A stretch of 63,595 bases of DNA, counting the filler, from Craspedostauros australis (Eukaryota): assembly GCA_030167865.1 (NCBI GenBank). It is 6 parts of 6 records of this genome, joined end to end, with 100 filler letters (N's around TTAATTAATTAA, not from the genome) between each part and the next. Parts side by side here need not be neighbours in the genome. Positions count along the whole stretch, not along the records: positions 1 to 30,943 come from JALAGF010002668.1; 5 more parts are not named here. One strand, given 5' to 3'. Below are positions 12,301 through 22,724 of this stretch, piece by piece. Within the stretch, counting starts at the first letter, position 1. Each line of letters opens with the position of its first letter. The translations under genes were made by a program, and so were the position numbers. The notes under the pieces were generated by a model. The model worked only from the letters and a program-made list of their open reading frames with translations, was not told the DNA's origin and searched no databases.

Positions 12301-12727
12301 TCATACCACACCACACCATACTCTTCTGCACTTCACTCTGCTCTGCAGACACCTTGCAACAGACAAGCAGGCAGGAAGCAGGCTATCATACCAAACGAGG
12401 CAGCACCATCTCCATCTCGAGAGGCCAAAAGGCACGCAAGGAAGCGAAGGCAGAGGCAATCAGGTAGAGAAGGAGACAACCACAGACAGATAGACAGATA
12501 GAGAGCAAGAGAAGACGAGGCAAACACAACAGAGCGGAGTGGATCGGTTCTGTGAGTGACTGTCTTGCCTTGCCTTCCATACTCCTGGACTGCGTGTGGA
12601 CTGTTTGTGGACTGCTCTCTCTTGAGTGCTCAGATTGGACAAAGCACAACAACAGCAACACAACAACAACAGCACAACAGAACAACACAACAGAACAACA
12701 CAACAACAGCAGAATAGCAACAGCAAC

Positions 12728-15700
12728 ATGGCGACCCTGACGGCAATCTCGTTCACTTTGGCGGGCGGCATGGGATGCTTCGCCATCTCGCTGGGCATGT
12801 TCGGCTGCGCGCTCAAACGTCGCCACCCCTTCGTCGCGGCACGCTGCACAGCCAGGCCGTCCAACGTCATCTACAACCCATCGGCCGACGCTCCGGAATG
12901 CCAGCAGCGCGGCAATCCCATGCTGCTGGGATGGATCGGCTGGATCATGAACCTCAAATTCGAAACCATGCTGCAGGGCATACCGGGCACGGGCACGAGG
13001 AGGGACGGCCTGGGAGGCAGCCTCCTCAAGGTCAACCTAGACGGCATCATCCTGCTGCGCTTCCATCATCTGTGCCTGCGCGTGTCATCCCTGGCGGTCG
13101 TCCTCTACCTATGCATCGTGCTGCCCATCTACTCATCCATCTCCCACTGCCAAACATCCGAGCAGTGCTCCGATCACAACCTAGAGATGATGCCCACCAA
13201 CCTCACGGACTACCAGCACCTCACGCTGGCCAACGTACCCAGCCTCAGGCTCACCTACGAGGCCAACGAATTCACCAAGGTCCTCAGCTCCTTCTTCGAG
13301 CCAAATCACAACGGCATCCTGGGCCGCCTCTACATCGTCGTCCTTTGCTCATGGATCATCACGTGGTACGCCATGCACCAGCTCGAGATAGAGTGGGTCG
13401 ACGTCCTTGCCCTGCGCAGGGTCTACTACCTCGAGGCGGATCACTGGAACGATCGAAGGGATGAGCTAGGGGAGACCCTGCTTGCCGACGACAATGATCA
13501 CAGATACAACACCAAGCCTGACATCTCCAACAATGACGACAAAGACAACAATAACAACGATGACACCAACAACTTTGATAACAGCTTTGGCAGCAACATA
13601 CTCGAGTCTGCGGCTGGTCCGCCCCATCCCGGAGCGCAGCATCACAACAACCACAACAACGACAACCACAACAACAGCAACATGAACGCCAGCACCAGGG
13701 AACTCGACAAAACCAACAAGAGCTCCACATCCACGGAATCGACAGCATGCAAAGACAAGATGACGCATCGCGATCCATGGGTGCCGCATCCGGAACAGAG
13801 GGACACAGTGCCCAGCATCGACCTCTACTCCATCCTCGTTGGCGGCCTCCCCTCCCTGCCGGCGCAGATCCAAGACGCCAACAACTCTAACGTCGAGAAC
13901 ATATTCTCGCGCAAGCAATCCATCGACTGGCAGCTATCCGTCACCACAGCCTTCTTCGATCACTGCGTCCCCAACCAGCCGGGATTCAGCTCCTCCGTCG
14001 CCGCCGTCACCATCCTCCCGGCAGCCTCGCATCTCACGGAGGCATGGAAGAAATGGTACAACGCGGCCGGCAAGCTGCGAAGGCTGCGCTACATCCGACA
14101 GCAGATCGCGGAACGCCGCAGGCAGAACGGAGAGAGCGACAGCGACAGCGAAGCAGCCGTGGATGACATGGAGCAAGGCAAGCTCTACCGACAGCAGACC
14201 ATGGACAACGACGATTACGACAGCGACGAATACAACCGCCTCTACGGGGACGACGATGACGGCCTGGAAGATGAGTACGGTGCCGACACCTCCAAGCTGC
14301 GTCGCCGCAAGAACGGACGTCAGATGCTGCAGCGCCAGAACTCGACGCGCAACGTCTACCAGGACTCACTCGCCGCGCACAAGTACTACCAGGAGGTCCT
14401 GGGCACCAACACGGACCTAGACGTAGAATCCAACCTCCTGCACGCCCTGCACTTCGGGCCAGAACAGACCGCCGTCTACAGCCGCGAATTCGCGACGGGC
14501 GCTGCGGGCATCGCGCCAAACGGCTTCTGCACGAGCCTCGTAGAAATGGCGACGCTCGACGAGCTCATCGAGATGGAGGAGCAGGCGGCGTCGGAGGTCC
14601 ACGAGGCCAACACGGCGCTGCGGCGCGTGCAGGAAGCCCTGGCCAAGGACGAGCGCAGCACCGGCGATCTCCTCGACGAGGAGAGCATCTCGCATACGCA
14701 GAGTCCCATGAACATGCGGGAGAGCGTACAGAGGCGGCAATTCGCCATTGGCGATTTCAACGAGCGCGGTCTCGAAGGGCAACCCCTCGATTCCATCATC
14801 CCGGAGGAATCGTCGGTGGCCTCCGACATGGACGACTTCGAAGACGGGGACATGCAGGCCATCATGGCGGCGGCGGCCAGCAATCCCGCCGGTGGCAGCA
14901 TCATCGGCAAGAGCAGCAACTCCACGCGCCAGAACGATGCCCTTCCCGGTGATGAAAGCAACTCCACGCGTCAGAACGATGCCTTTCCCGGTGATGAAAG
15001 CAACTCAACGCGACTGAATGACGCTCTTCCCGGTGACGACAGCAACTCCACGACCCAAAATGAGATCGTGCTGGACATCAGCCACGTGAAGAAGGCAGCC
15101 AAGAAGAAGAAAAGGAACTTCTTCAGCAGCGGCAGCAGGCACCTCAGCCGCATGTCCACCCGCTCCTCCTCCGTCGACGGCGAGAGCTTCGCCGATGACG
15201 GCACGGAACTGGGAGATGACAACATATCAACCGCCGAAATGTCCTTCCGCAAGTCCTCCATGGGCAAGATTGCGCAATTGGCCAATGTACGTGTTTCCGC
15301 AGGCGCTGTGATCGGCGGCGTCAAATCGGTCGCTGGAGGCGTCAAGTCCGTCGCCGGTGGTGTCAAATCGGCAGCAGTCGGCAGCGTCAAGACGGTTGCC
15401 GGCGGAGTCAAGACAGTGGCCGGAGGTGTCAAAACGGTCGCCGTCGGCAGTGCCAAGACGATGGCCGGTGGTGTCAAGACGGTGGCTGGCGGGGTCAAGA
15501 CTGTGGCGGGTGGCGTCAAAACAGTCGCCACGGGTGTTGCGGACGGAGTCAAGAACGTGGCTACCTTTGGTAATCCCGAACTGCTCGACGGCTTCGTCCC
15601 AAAGCGAGAACCTCGCGAACGTCCCAGCGAACGGCGGCGTGGCGATGTCTCGACGACGCAGCTGCCTGACAACCTGGGATTGGAGTCGGAGCTCTTTCGA

Positions 15701-18700
15701 CAATCCGCCACCATCCAGGCGGCTCGATCTGCCAGCATGCACGAAAAGCGCGGTTCCAACCGCAGCTCCGCCTCACGTCATCACGGGCCCAACGGACGCA
15801 ACAAACCACCTGGCCGTGCGGCCAGCTTGCAGGTCAAGCCGCGAGATTCCTTGACGACGCCACGCAGGCAGTCCAACCCAACGCGACGAGCGAGGTCGGA
15901 TGGTGCCAAACCGGAGCGCAAATCAACCTGGATGGCGAGTTCTGTGGAATGCATCGACGAGGAGGAAGACGAAGAAATGAGATCGACCTCCATCCGTGGA
16001 TTCACGTTGCCGCAACCACCCTCATCACTTGCACCAGCGTCAGCGTCGGCGTCAGCAGCGCCACCTCCGGTACCACCACCATCGGGATCTTTCTCCGCAA
16101 TGCCAAAAGCATCATGGCAATCCAACCTACCAGCGAAAGACGATGCCTTCGTCAAGCTCTCTGGAAGTTTCGATGCCGTGGCACGTTCCAGCAGTGCTGG
16201 TGCTGCCTACGGCCGTAGATCAAGCTTCAGCAACAGCTACGCGTCCACAGAGAGTACATTCATGGACAGGCAGCAATCGACCATCTCGGAAGATGAAGAG
16301 TACGAAGATAACAGCGACAGCAACCACAGTGGCAAAGTCGATGGCGATGGAAATGGAAATGAAATTTCCAGCGCTGATGACCACGCTGACGAACATGTGG
16401 TTGACGACAACGGCGACGATAACGACAGCAACGATGTGGGCACTGGAAATGATGCAGAGCATGGTGCTGGCCAAGAAAATGCGCATGAAGATGGATATGA
16501 AGCTGACATCGGCAACATGAAGTATCCTGATACCGACGACGATGATGACGTGGACGCCGGACAGGACCATGATCATGTTGAACTTGCATTTCTGAGCTCC
16601 CCCACTCGATCTGGTGGCACCGGTGACAGCGGAAGCGTGAGCACACACGAATCCTCCGTGTGGGACAAGCTTGAGGAAGACAAACGACGGAAGCACGTGA
16701 TCCGCGCACGATTGACCTCCTTGAAGGCGCTGTCATCAGAAGAAAGCAGCTTGGACACGCACGATACGGATGATTTTGACAATGAAGATGACGGCGATGA
16801 TCACGATGTCAGCCATCTGCGCAGTGGTGAGAAGTTGATTGAATTTGGAGGCATCATGAAGAGCAATTCATTTCCAGACGACGAAGCGCCACACCGACCG
16901 ACCACCATGAAGGGACGTCGGCCAAGCACGCGCCACAGCAACAGCCCACACAGGCGGAGAGTGTCGAACCGTCAATATCTCGATCTCCACCATCCAAATG
17001 GCGCTCTCGCCGAAGATGCGCTCAGCATGGTCGACAATGCTCGTGGCGATGATGACGATGACGAACATGATGACATGGTTGATGTTAACTTCGGTGACAG
17101 CAATGGAAACAACAATGCTGTTGCTGTCCAAAACAGCCACAGCCACGATGAAAACGATGATGATCATGTTCGTGTGAATACGAAAGCCCAAACAAGCTCG
17201 CTGTCGGTAGGCCGAACATATTCAAAATCAGTCGATTCGGATGCAAATGACAGCGACGATGGTATGGAGAGCGATGGTGACGAGCATGCAAACACGGCAC
17301 GACCGCAAATGCCAATCATGGTGCCCCCGCTTGCTTCATCACCGCATGTGCACTTTGGCAACCAAATGAAGGAAGGCTGGAACAAGTCGGCGCAAGTATC
17401 GCGCAGTACGACTGCAAGCACGGTCGATGCCAACAATTCCGTTTCCAACCATTCCACACTGACTGCCGGAATCCTGAAACAACCATCCATGAGCAAGTTG
17501 CCGATCAACGAATTGTCACCAAAGCCAAAGAGTGCCAAATTCAGCACCACTCAAGGTGCTCTTCCCGCGACATCTGCGGGAACATTGGACCGTCGCCGTG
17601 ATGACATGGCTCGATCCTACTCCGTGCGCTCCGCCGTTTCTCTCGAATCGCAGTCAAGCACGCAAGCCGCCGACGAGAACCTCAAGATGTCAGCGCGTTT
17701 CGAGAACTCCGCAGGATTGCGATCGATGGAGACAGCCGAACCGGTGGTCACGAACGAAGGCGCAATGAAACGCCCCAGCGTCCAGTCGCGCCAAAAGTGG
17801 AGCAAGGTGGAGGCCATCGTTCGCGATAACACCACCGAGAAATTCAAGGGACATCGCATCTCGAATGGCCGGTGGAAGGTGCCAAGCATCGAACGCGTCT
17901 TCGGCGTGGCCACCGCCCTCGTTGGTCGTTTGGTCTGCTGCTCTGTCGGGCGTGTCGTGCACAGCCAAGACATGGTGGACGAGCTTGCCAAGGATTCCAC
18001 GTACGCAGTCGTCACGTTCACATCTCGTCAGGCCGCTGTGGCAGCCAGGCACTGTCTTGCCGACTCCCGTGGTGGTGGGCGGTGGATCCCGGTGCCAGAA
18101 CTACCGGTCGCACCGTTGGCCGATGCGGCGTCTGGAAATGTCATGTACTTCCGCGGCTGCTGCCGTCCCGTCACCCTCAGTCTCAACGACAACCAAAAGC
18201 TGATCCGCAACTACCTTGCGTTGGCGGCGCTTGGCATGCTGTACTTCTTCTACACCATCCCTCTGGTGGCGGCCCAACGCCTGGTGTCGCCGGAGAAGCT
18301 GCAAGCCATCTTCCCGGACATCTTCGAGTGGCAGGAAAAGAGCGACATCCTCGCGAACCTGTTTTCCGGTGTCATCCCGGCCTTGGTTTACACTGGATTC
18401 TTCGCCCTCTGCCCAGCGATCTTCAAGCTGATTTCCAATTTCGGTAGCAACGCCACGAGCTTCATGGCGTCCGAGAACGCCGCCCTGAAGTACTTTTGGT
18501 GGTTCATGATCCTCGCCGCATTTTCGGGCACGTCGTTCAGCACGGCCGTCATCGAAGGCTTCGAGCGAGGCATCTCCATCGGAACCGAAGTGCAAGAGGT
18601 GATTGAAACGGTCGCGAGGACCATTCCGACGCAGGTGTCGGCGACGTGGTTGAACTGGCTAATCATCCGATTCTCCGTCGTCCTGCCAACGCAGTACCTG

Positions 18701-19753
18701 CTTCAGCTGAACACGTTCATCTTCTCCTTCCTGGGCTTCCAGTGGGCATCCCGGGTCGTGCAGGGTGGTGGTGCCGGAGGTCCAGTGCCGTACCGCATCT
18801 ACGTCGACAGCGGCGTTGTGATGTTGTGCGTGTTCGCTCTGGCACCTGCGTCGCCTCTGATCGCGCCCGCCGCCTTCATGTACTTCGCGGCCTGCGTTCC
18901 GTTGCTGCGATGGACCATGATCTTCCTCTACCGCCCTCTCTTCGATGCGGGCGGACAACGTTTCCCGTTCATCTTCGACATGATGGTGAGCGGGATGATC
19001 GTCGGTCAAGTGCTCCTGGTGGCGATGATGTCGCTGAAGCGCGCCATCGGTCCAGCCCTGTTTGCAGCGATGCCGATGATCCCGACGCTGGCATTCCGCA
19101 TCATGCTTCGACGACGCTTCCTGCCAGCATTCGAAGACGCCGCGCTGTTGCAAACGTCGCTGCTCGATGGATGGGACACGAACGAAGAGGCTTCAGAGGA
19201 CAAGCGAGAAGAATTCCGTAGATTCTTGGTGGACAGCCACAAAGCTGCCTATGTTCCCGTTTGTATCGCCAATGACCAGTCCGTGGTTATCACGGCGGAA
19301 CCCGCGGTGGTTATGCCGCAGGAAGCCGACATTGAGAATGGCTCCTACGCGCATGATTTGCTCAGCCACGATGGCAATGCGTCCATTGGGCATTCCGTTG
19401 CCTTCTCCGTGACGCCATCCATCGCACCGTCGATCACGCCATCCATCACGCCGTCGCTCGCTCGTTCCATTACACAAGGCGGCAGGTTGGGCATGCGCGG
19501 TGGACATTTGGGACCACAGCACCAGCACGGATCGATGATGAGACGCGCATCCGCCGCCATCCCTCGCCGACGCGTGTCGGTGGCGCAGTTCGATGTGCCA
19601 GACAATGGAAGCGTCGGAATGTCCTCCCGTCCACCCGTCACCAGAATTCACCAACTGCACTCACCATCGCGCTTCTCGATGATTTCTCCAAGACCAGCAT
19701 CCCGAAAAGTCGTCGTGCCAACCGCCATGGCTCCCATCAGTCCCATCCTGTAA
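12728..19753 (+). CDS. OSCA/CSC1/TMEM63-family (DUF221) calcium-permeable channel with very large cytosolic insertion, about 2341 aa
   Basis: N-terminal RSN1_TM-like region (GTGTR...NLDGIILLRF...LTLANVP...RLYIVVL). YSILVGGLP. STYAVVTFTSRQAAVAARHCL. C-terminal multi-TM region (FFYTIP, KYFWWFM, APASPLIAP, YRPLFDAGGQRFP). First ATG at 12728; no intron needed. Confidence 0.9.
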   Translation: MATLTAISFTLAGGMGCFAISLGMFGCALKRRHPFVAARCTARPSNVIYNPSADAPECQQRGNPMLLGWIGWIMNLKFETMLQGIPGTGTRRDGLGGSLLKVNLDGIILLRFHHLCLRVSSLAVVLYLCIVLPIYSSISHCQTSEQCSDHNLEMMPTNLTDYQHLTLANVPSLRLTYEANEFTKVLSSFFEPNHNGILGRLYIVVLCSWIITWYAMHQLEIEWVDVLALRRVYYLEADHWNDRRDELGETLLADDNDHRYNTKPDISNNDDKDNNNNDDTNNFDNSFGSNILESAAGPPHPGAQHHNNHNNDNHNNSNMNASTRELDKTNKSSTSTESTACKDKMTHRDPWVPHPEQRDTVPSIDLYSILVGGLPSLPAQIQDANNSNVENIFSRKQSIDWQLSVTTAFFDHCVPNQPGFSSSVAAVTILPAASHLTEAWKKWYNAAGKLRRLRYIRQQIAERRRQNGESDSDSEAAVDDMEQGKLYRQQTMDNDDYDSDEYNRLYGDDDDGLEDEYGADTSKLRRRKNGRQMLQRQNSTRNVYQDSLAAHKYYQEVLGTNTDLDVESNLLHALHFGPEQTAVYSREFATGAAGIAPNGFCTSLVEMATLDELIEMEEQAASEVHEANTALRRVQEALAKDERSTGDLLDEESISHTQSPMNMRESVQRRQFAIGDFNERGLEGQPLDSIIPEESSVASDMDDFEDGDMQAIMAAAASNPAGGSIIGKSSNSTRQNDALPGDESNSTRQNDAFPGDESNSTRLNDALPGDDSNSTTQNEIVLDISHVKKAAKKKKRNFFSSGSRHLSRMSTRSSSVDGESFADDGTELGDDNISTAEMSFRKSSMGKIAQLANVRVSAGAVIGGVKSVAGGVKSVAGGVKSAAVGSVKTVAGGVKTVAGGVKTVAVGSAKTMAGGVKTVAGGVKTVAGGVKTVATGVADGVKNVATFGNPELLDGFVPKREPRERPSERRRGDVSTTQLPDNLGLESELFRQSATIQAARSASMHEKRGSNRSSASRHHGPNGRNKPPGRAASLQVKPRDSLTTPRRQSNPTRRARSDGAKPERKSTWMASSVECIDEEEDEEMRSTSIRGFTLPQPPSSLAPASASASAAPPPVPPPSGSFSAMPKASWQSNLPAKDDAFVKLSGSFDAVARSSSAGAAYGRRSSFSNSYASTESTFMDRQQSTISEDEEYEDNSDSNHSGKVDGDGNGNEISSADDHADEHVVDDNGDDNDSNDVGTGNDAEHGAGQENAHEDGYEADIGNMKYPDTDDDDDVDAGQDHDHVELAFLSSPTRSGGTGDSGSVSTHESSVWDKLEEDKRRKHVIRARLTSLKALSSEESSLDTHDTDDFDNEDDGDDHDVSHLRSGEKLIEFGGIMKSNSFPDDEAPHRPTTMKGRRPSTRHSNSPHRRRVSNRQYLDLHHPNGALAEDALSMVDNARGDDDDDEHDDMVDVNFGDSNGNNNAVAVQNSHSHDENDDDHVRVNTKAQTSSLSVGRTYSKSVDSDANDSDDGMESDGDEHANTARPQMPIMVPPLASSPHVHFGNQMKEGWNKSAQVSRSTTASTVDANNSVSNHSTLTAGILKQPSMSKLPINELSPKPKSAKFSTTQGALPATSAGTLDRRRDDMARSYSVRSAVSLESQSSTQAADENLKMSARFENSAGLRSMETAEPVVTNEGAMKRPSVQSRQKWSKVEAIVRDNTTEKFKGHRISNGRWKVPSIERVFGVATALVGRLVCCSVGRVVHSQDMVDELAKDSTYAVVTFTSRQAAVAARHCLADSRGGGRWIPVPELPVAPLADAASGNVMYFRGCCRPVTLSLNDNQKLIRNYLALAALGMLYFFYTIPLVAAQRLVSPEKLQAIFPDIFEWQEKSDILANLFSGVIPALVYTGFFALCPAIFKLISNFGSNATSFMASENAALKYFWWFMILAAFSGTSFSTAVIEGFERGISIGTEVQEVIETVARTIPTQVSATWLNWLIIRFSVVLPTQYLLQLNTFIFSFLGFQWASRVVQGGGAGGPVPYRIYVDSGVVMLCVFALAPASPLIAPAAFMYFAACVPLLRWTMIFLYRPLFDAGGQRFPFIFDMMVSGMIVGQVLLVAMMSLKRAIGPALFAAMPMIPTLAFRIMLRRRFLPAFEDAALLQTSLLDGWDTNEEASEDKREEFRRFLVDSHKAAYVPVCIANDQSVVITAEPAVVMPQEADIENGSYAHDLLSHDGNASIGHSVAFSVTPSIAPSITPSITPSLARSITQGGRLGMRGGHLGPQHQHGSMMRRASAAIPRRRVSVAQFDVPDNGSVGMSSRPPVTRIHQLHSPSRFSMISPRPASRKVVVPTAMAPISPIL
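14915..15062 (+). repeat. Coding 42-bp tandem repeat (SNSTRQNDALPGDE x about 3.5) in the OSCA insertion
   Basis: Translation: SNSTRQNDALPGDE SNSTRQNDAFPGDE SNSTRLNDALPGDD SNSTTQNE. Confidence 0.9.
15314..15562 (+). repeat. Coding GGVK(S/T)VA repeat array (about 11 units) in the OSCA insertion
   Basis: Translation: GGVKSVA GGVKSVA GGVKSAAV GSVKTVA GGVKTVA GGVKTVAV GSAKTMA GGVKTVA x3 TGVADGVKNVA. Synonymous positions have diverged between units. Confidence 0.92.
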
Positions 19754-20100
19754 TTCGGTGTCGCCTCACTGAAGCGAGATATGGAGCCGGAGCTGGAACT
19801 TGAGTAGGAGTCGACGTCAACGTTAACGTCTGGTTGAACAGCAGCCAGCTCTTTCGAGTTGGTGTGCCAGCAGCCGGAATGGCAGGAGGTGGAACTGTGC
19901 AGAATTGAATGAAAATCAGCTCGAATGAGATGTGACGAGTACTGCAGTCCAACGAATATCGTCATGAACAATAGCAATGACAGGACGAAGCAGAACAACA
20001 CAAGCTCATCCCGGTCTGGTGTGATGGCACTCGATGGCAAAATAAACTTACGTAGGCAGACTCGTAGAGATTGAAAGTACGAGCATAAACTTTGTCTCTC

Positions 20101-20133
<33 letters not shown>

Positions 20134-20504
20134 TGAAGGAGAGAGTTCTAAGTTTACAAGCAGCGACCAGCCGTTCGATTATTGAGCCGAGGACTAGTGC
20201 GGTGTCATTGCCGAGCAACAGACCAAATCGTTTGATGGTGTCGTTGTTGTTTATTGTTGTCGTCGATCCACTCGAAGCCAGCTTCACCACAGTCATGCAA
20301 GTGCATGTAGAAGAACTGCAAGGAGTGTGCTTGGGCATGAGGTACCGACCTGGATGAGACGGCAAACTTGTGGTAGCGTTCGTACATTGCTTTTCGCCTC
20401 GTTTTTGTTCGACTACTATTACTACCACTAGACACGTACAGCGACCCGTAACCGTGCGAGCATTGTTCAAGTAATTGCATAGGGCGAGTAATACACATGT
20501 CTAC

Positions 20505-22724
20505 TCAAATTAGACTCGAACTCGACGTCATCTTGGATGCGGCCTCCGTGCCTTGCACCACCTCTCCGAAACTGGACTTTTTCAATTTCACTAGGTTCAT
20601 GAGGCCGAACCCATCCACCGTGGTGGATTCGATGACGTCGCCCGGCTGCAAGGAGTTGAAGATGTCGTACCCACGCACGATGTATCCGAACGGCGCGTAC
20701 TCTCCGTCCAGCAAGTACCTCGAATCCGCTTCCATGGACTCTGGCGACAATCCGAAGAACTCAGCGGAGGCGCCGTTGGCTTTGCGATCGGGGTGGTTGA
20801 AGGCCACCAAGCCCGGTGTGTCGAAGGTCAGCAATGGTTTGCTGGTGACGTACGGGATGAAGGACTCCTGTGCCGACATATCGGTCGTGGAGCTCTCCGA
20901 CAGCCCCGTCGCCGCATAGGTAAGCTTTGGTGGAGATCCCTTCTCCAGCCGAATGATCTCCAGCGGTATCGTTCGTAACTTGGCCGTGAGGGGATCGTAG
21001 AAGCCCTCCTTGTAGGAGCCGAGCACGTTGACCGTGCCCGGCACGTATTCCGATGTCGGGCCGAATCGTTTGCGCTCGTCCTTGACTGGTAATCCGGTGT
21101 AGAAATTGCGCACGCAGAGATCGATGAAGCAGCCTGCCGAGATGGGCGCCGTGTATCCGTCGGCTATGATGGTGATATCTCCCAGGATGTTGTTGCCTCT
21201 CTTGATGCGAAAGACTACCTTTGCACGCCCCAACAGGCGCGGGAGGTAAGCGAAGGTTCCACGCGATGGGACCTTGTAAGGGAACTCCTTGACGAGGAGC
21301 TCGCCGATGTAGCCCAAGGCCAGCAAAGCGTCCTGCTGCTTTTCCAATGCAAGGGTCTTGTTGAAGACGTTGGTGGCAATGATGAGCTGGATGATCTCGT
21401 CTCGCAAATTTTCGATCATGACCTCGCAACGTTCGGCCTTGGTGATGGTGAGGATGGTGCTTTGCTCTGGATCGAAGGCCGGCTGCAGCTGGGTGCGTTT
21501 GTTGTCGAGCAGTTTGAGAGCGGAGGAGACTGATTTTTGGGTCTTGGTCCATGTAGCATTGCGGGACGCCTCGTCTCTCTGCTCGAAGTCTGGTGGAATG
21601 CAAGGCAGTGCAGCGTGGTGTACCGTAACGTGACGTAATGTGATGTTGGAGCATGGTTATGATGAGGATGAGGTACGTACAGAGGGGTTGGAGAGAATGA
21701 AGAGGAAACGAGTGAGCATTGTGCATCGTGAATTGCGGTTTCCTTCGATCAGGAGGGAGAGCACTGAGCAAGCATTGGTGCCGAGTCAACCGTCGAACGA
21801 GCAAGGGACGAGTATGGGTGTGACTCAAAGTGTTGCATCCTCTCCATTCTCACATCAACAGAAGAACCAGACTGCGAGCACACAGATATGTATGATGAAA
21901 CGTCATGTCACCATATGCCATTCCTTGCCATGCATGCCATCCGCATGCGAAAGAGTGCAGATGAGTGCATTCATTTCCGACCCACCAGAGCACTGTGAAT
22001 GTATCGTACCTTCAACGCGCAAAATGGACAGCGACTCGATTTGCTGTTCCAAACCCCTAAAGACAGGATTCTTGACGGGCAGGGTCCGTAGCAGTGCGTA
22101 CTCCGAACTCAAGGTCGGCACGGGCACATCGACTTGCTCCGTCCGCAATTCTTCGAGGACCTCCTGACGTGGATTTTCCGTGACGAAGCGCGGTTTTGAA
22201 AGTCGTCGTCGTGAAAAGAAGGACGGCTCGGCCTTGGCCAGCCATGAGGTGGTGGAGGTCGCCATGAAGAAGGATGTGAAGAGGCCCGCTGTAGAAGCCA
22301 TCAAGAAGGATCGTCGTTGGTTTTGGCACTGTTGCTGTTGTTGCCGCTGCTGTTGCCTAAATGAATTTGGCGTGATAGTGCGATCCACCTCGTTGGTTTC
22401 ATGTGCTCGGCCTTTGTTGCTTTGGTACCAACGACGGCGATGGCTATGGGACAGACATGACGTCGCCCTGCAACGACGTTTTTGCTTCATCTGCATCAGT
22501 TGCTGCTGCTGTTGCTGTTGATGCTGTGGTCCGGTGATCGGCAGATTCCCATCCGTACGCTGCGCTTGAGCGAGTCCGTTGGACACAAATTGCAGCTGCA
22601 CACCATTGCTCCGATCGGACGATGTGAATGTTGAGGTCGTTGTGGACACTGATGCTGGCAACGAAGTGTGAAATGATGAGGCTTCATTCACCAGCAGGAA
22701 CAGCAGAAAGAGCAATTTGCTCAT
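20505..22724 (-). CDS. Thylakoid-lumen cyclophilin-type PPIase, CYP37/CYP38(TLP40)-like; exons 22724-22010 and 21589-20505
   Basis: Phase-compatible intron 22009-21590 (GAA G|GTACG...CAG|AC). Motifs ALLRTLPVKN, LPRLLGRAKV, ADGYTAPISAGCFIDL, FYDPLTAKLRTIPLEI, LDGEYAPFGYIV. Signal peptide ending ASS|F, then RRSFL and AKA. Alternative in-frame ATGs extend to 22991. Confidence 0.85.

Noticed and set aside
9500..12700. ORFs of 150-240 aa upstream of the OSCA gene
   Set aside because: Derived from CAA/AGA-rich low-complexity UTR or intergenic sequence, with no protein-like features.
20102..20128. (GA)n and similar microsatellites throughout the window
   Set aside because: Ordinary simple repeats, frequent in UTRs and introns here.
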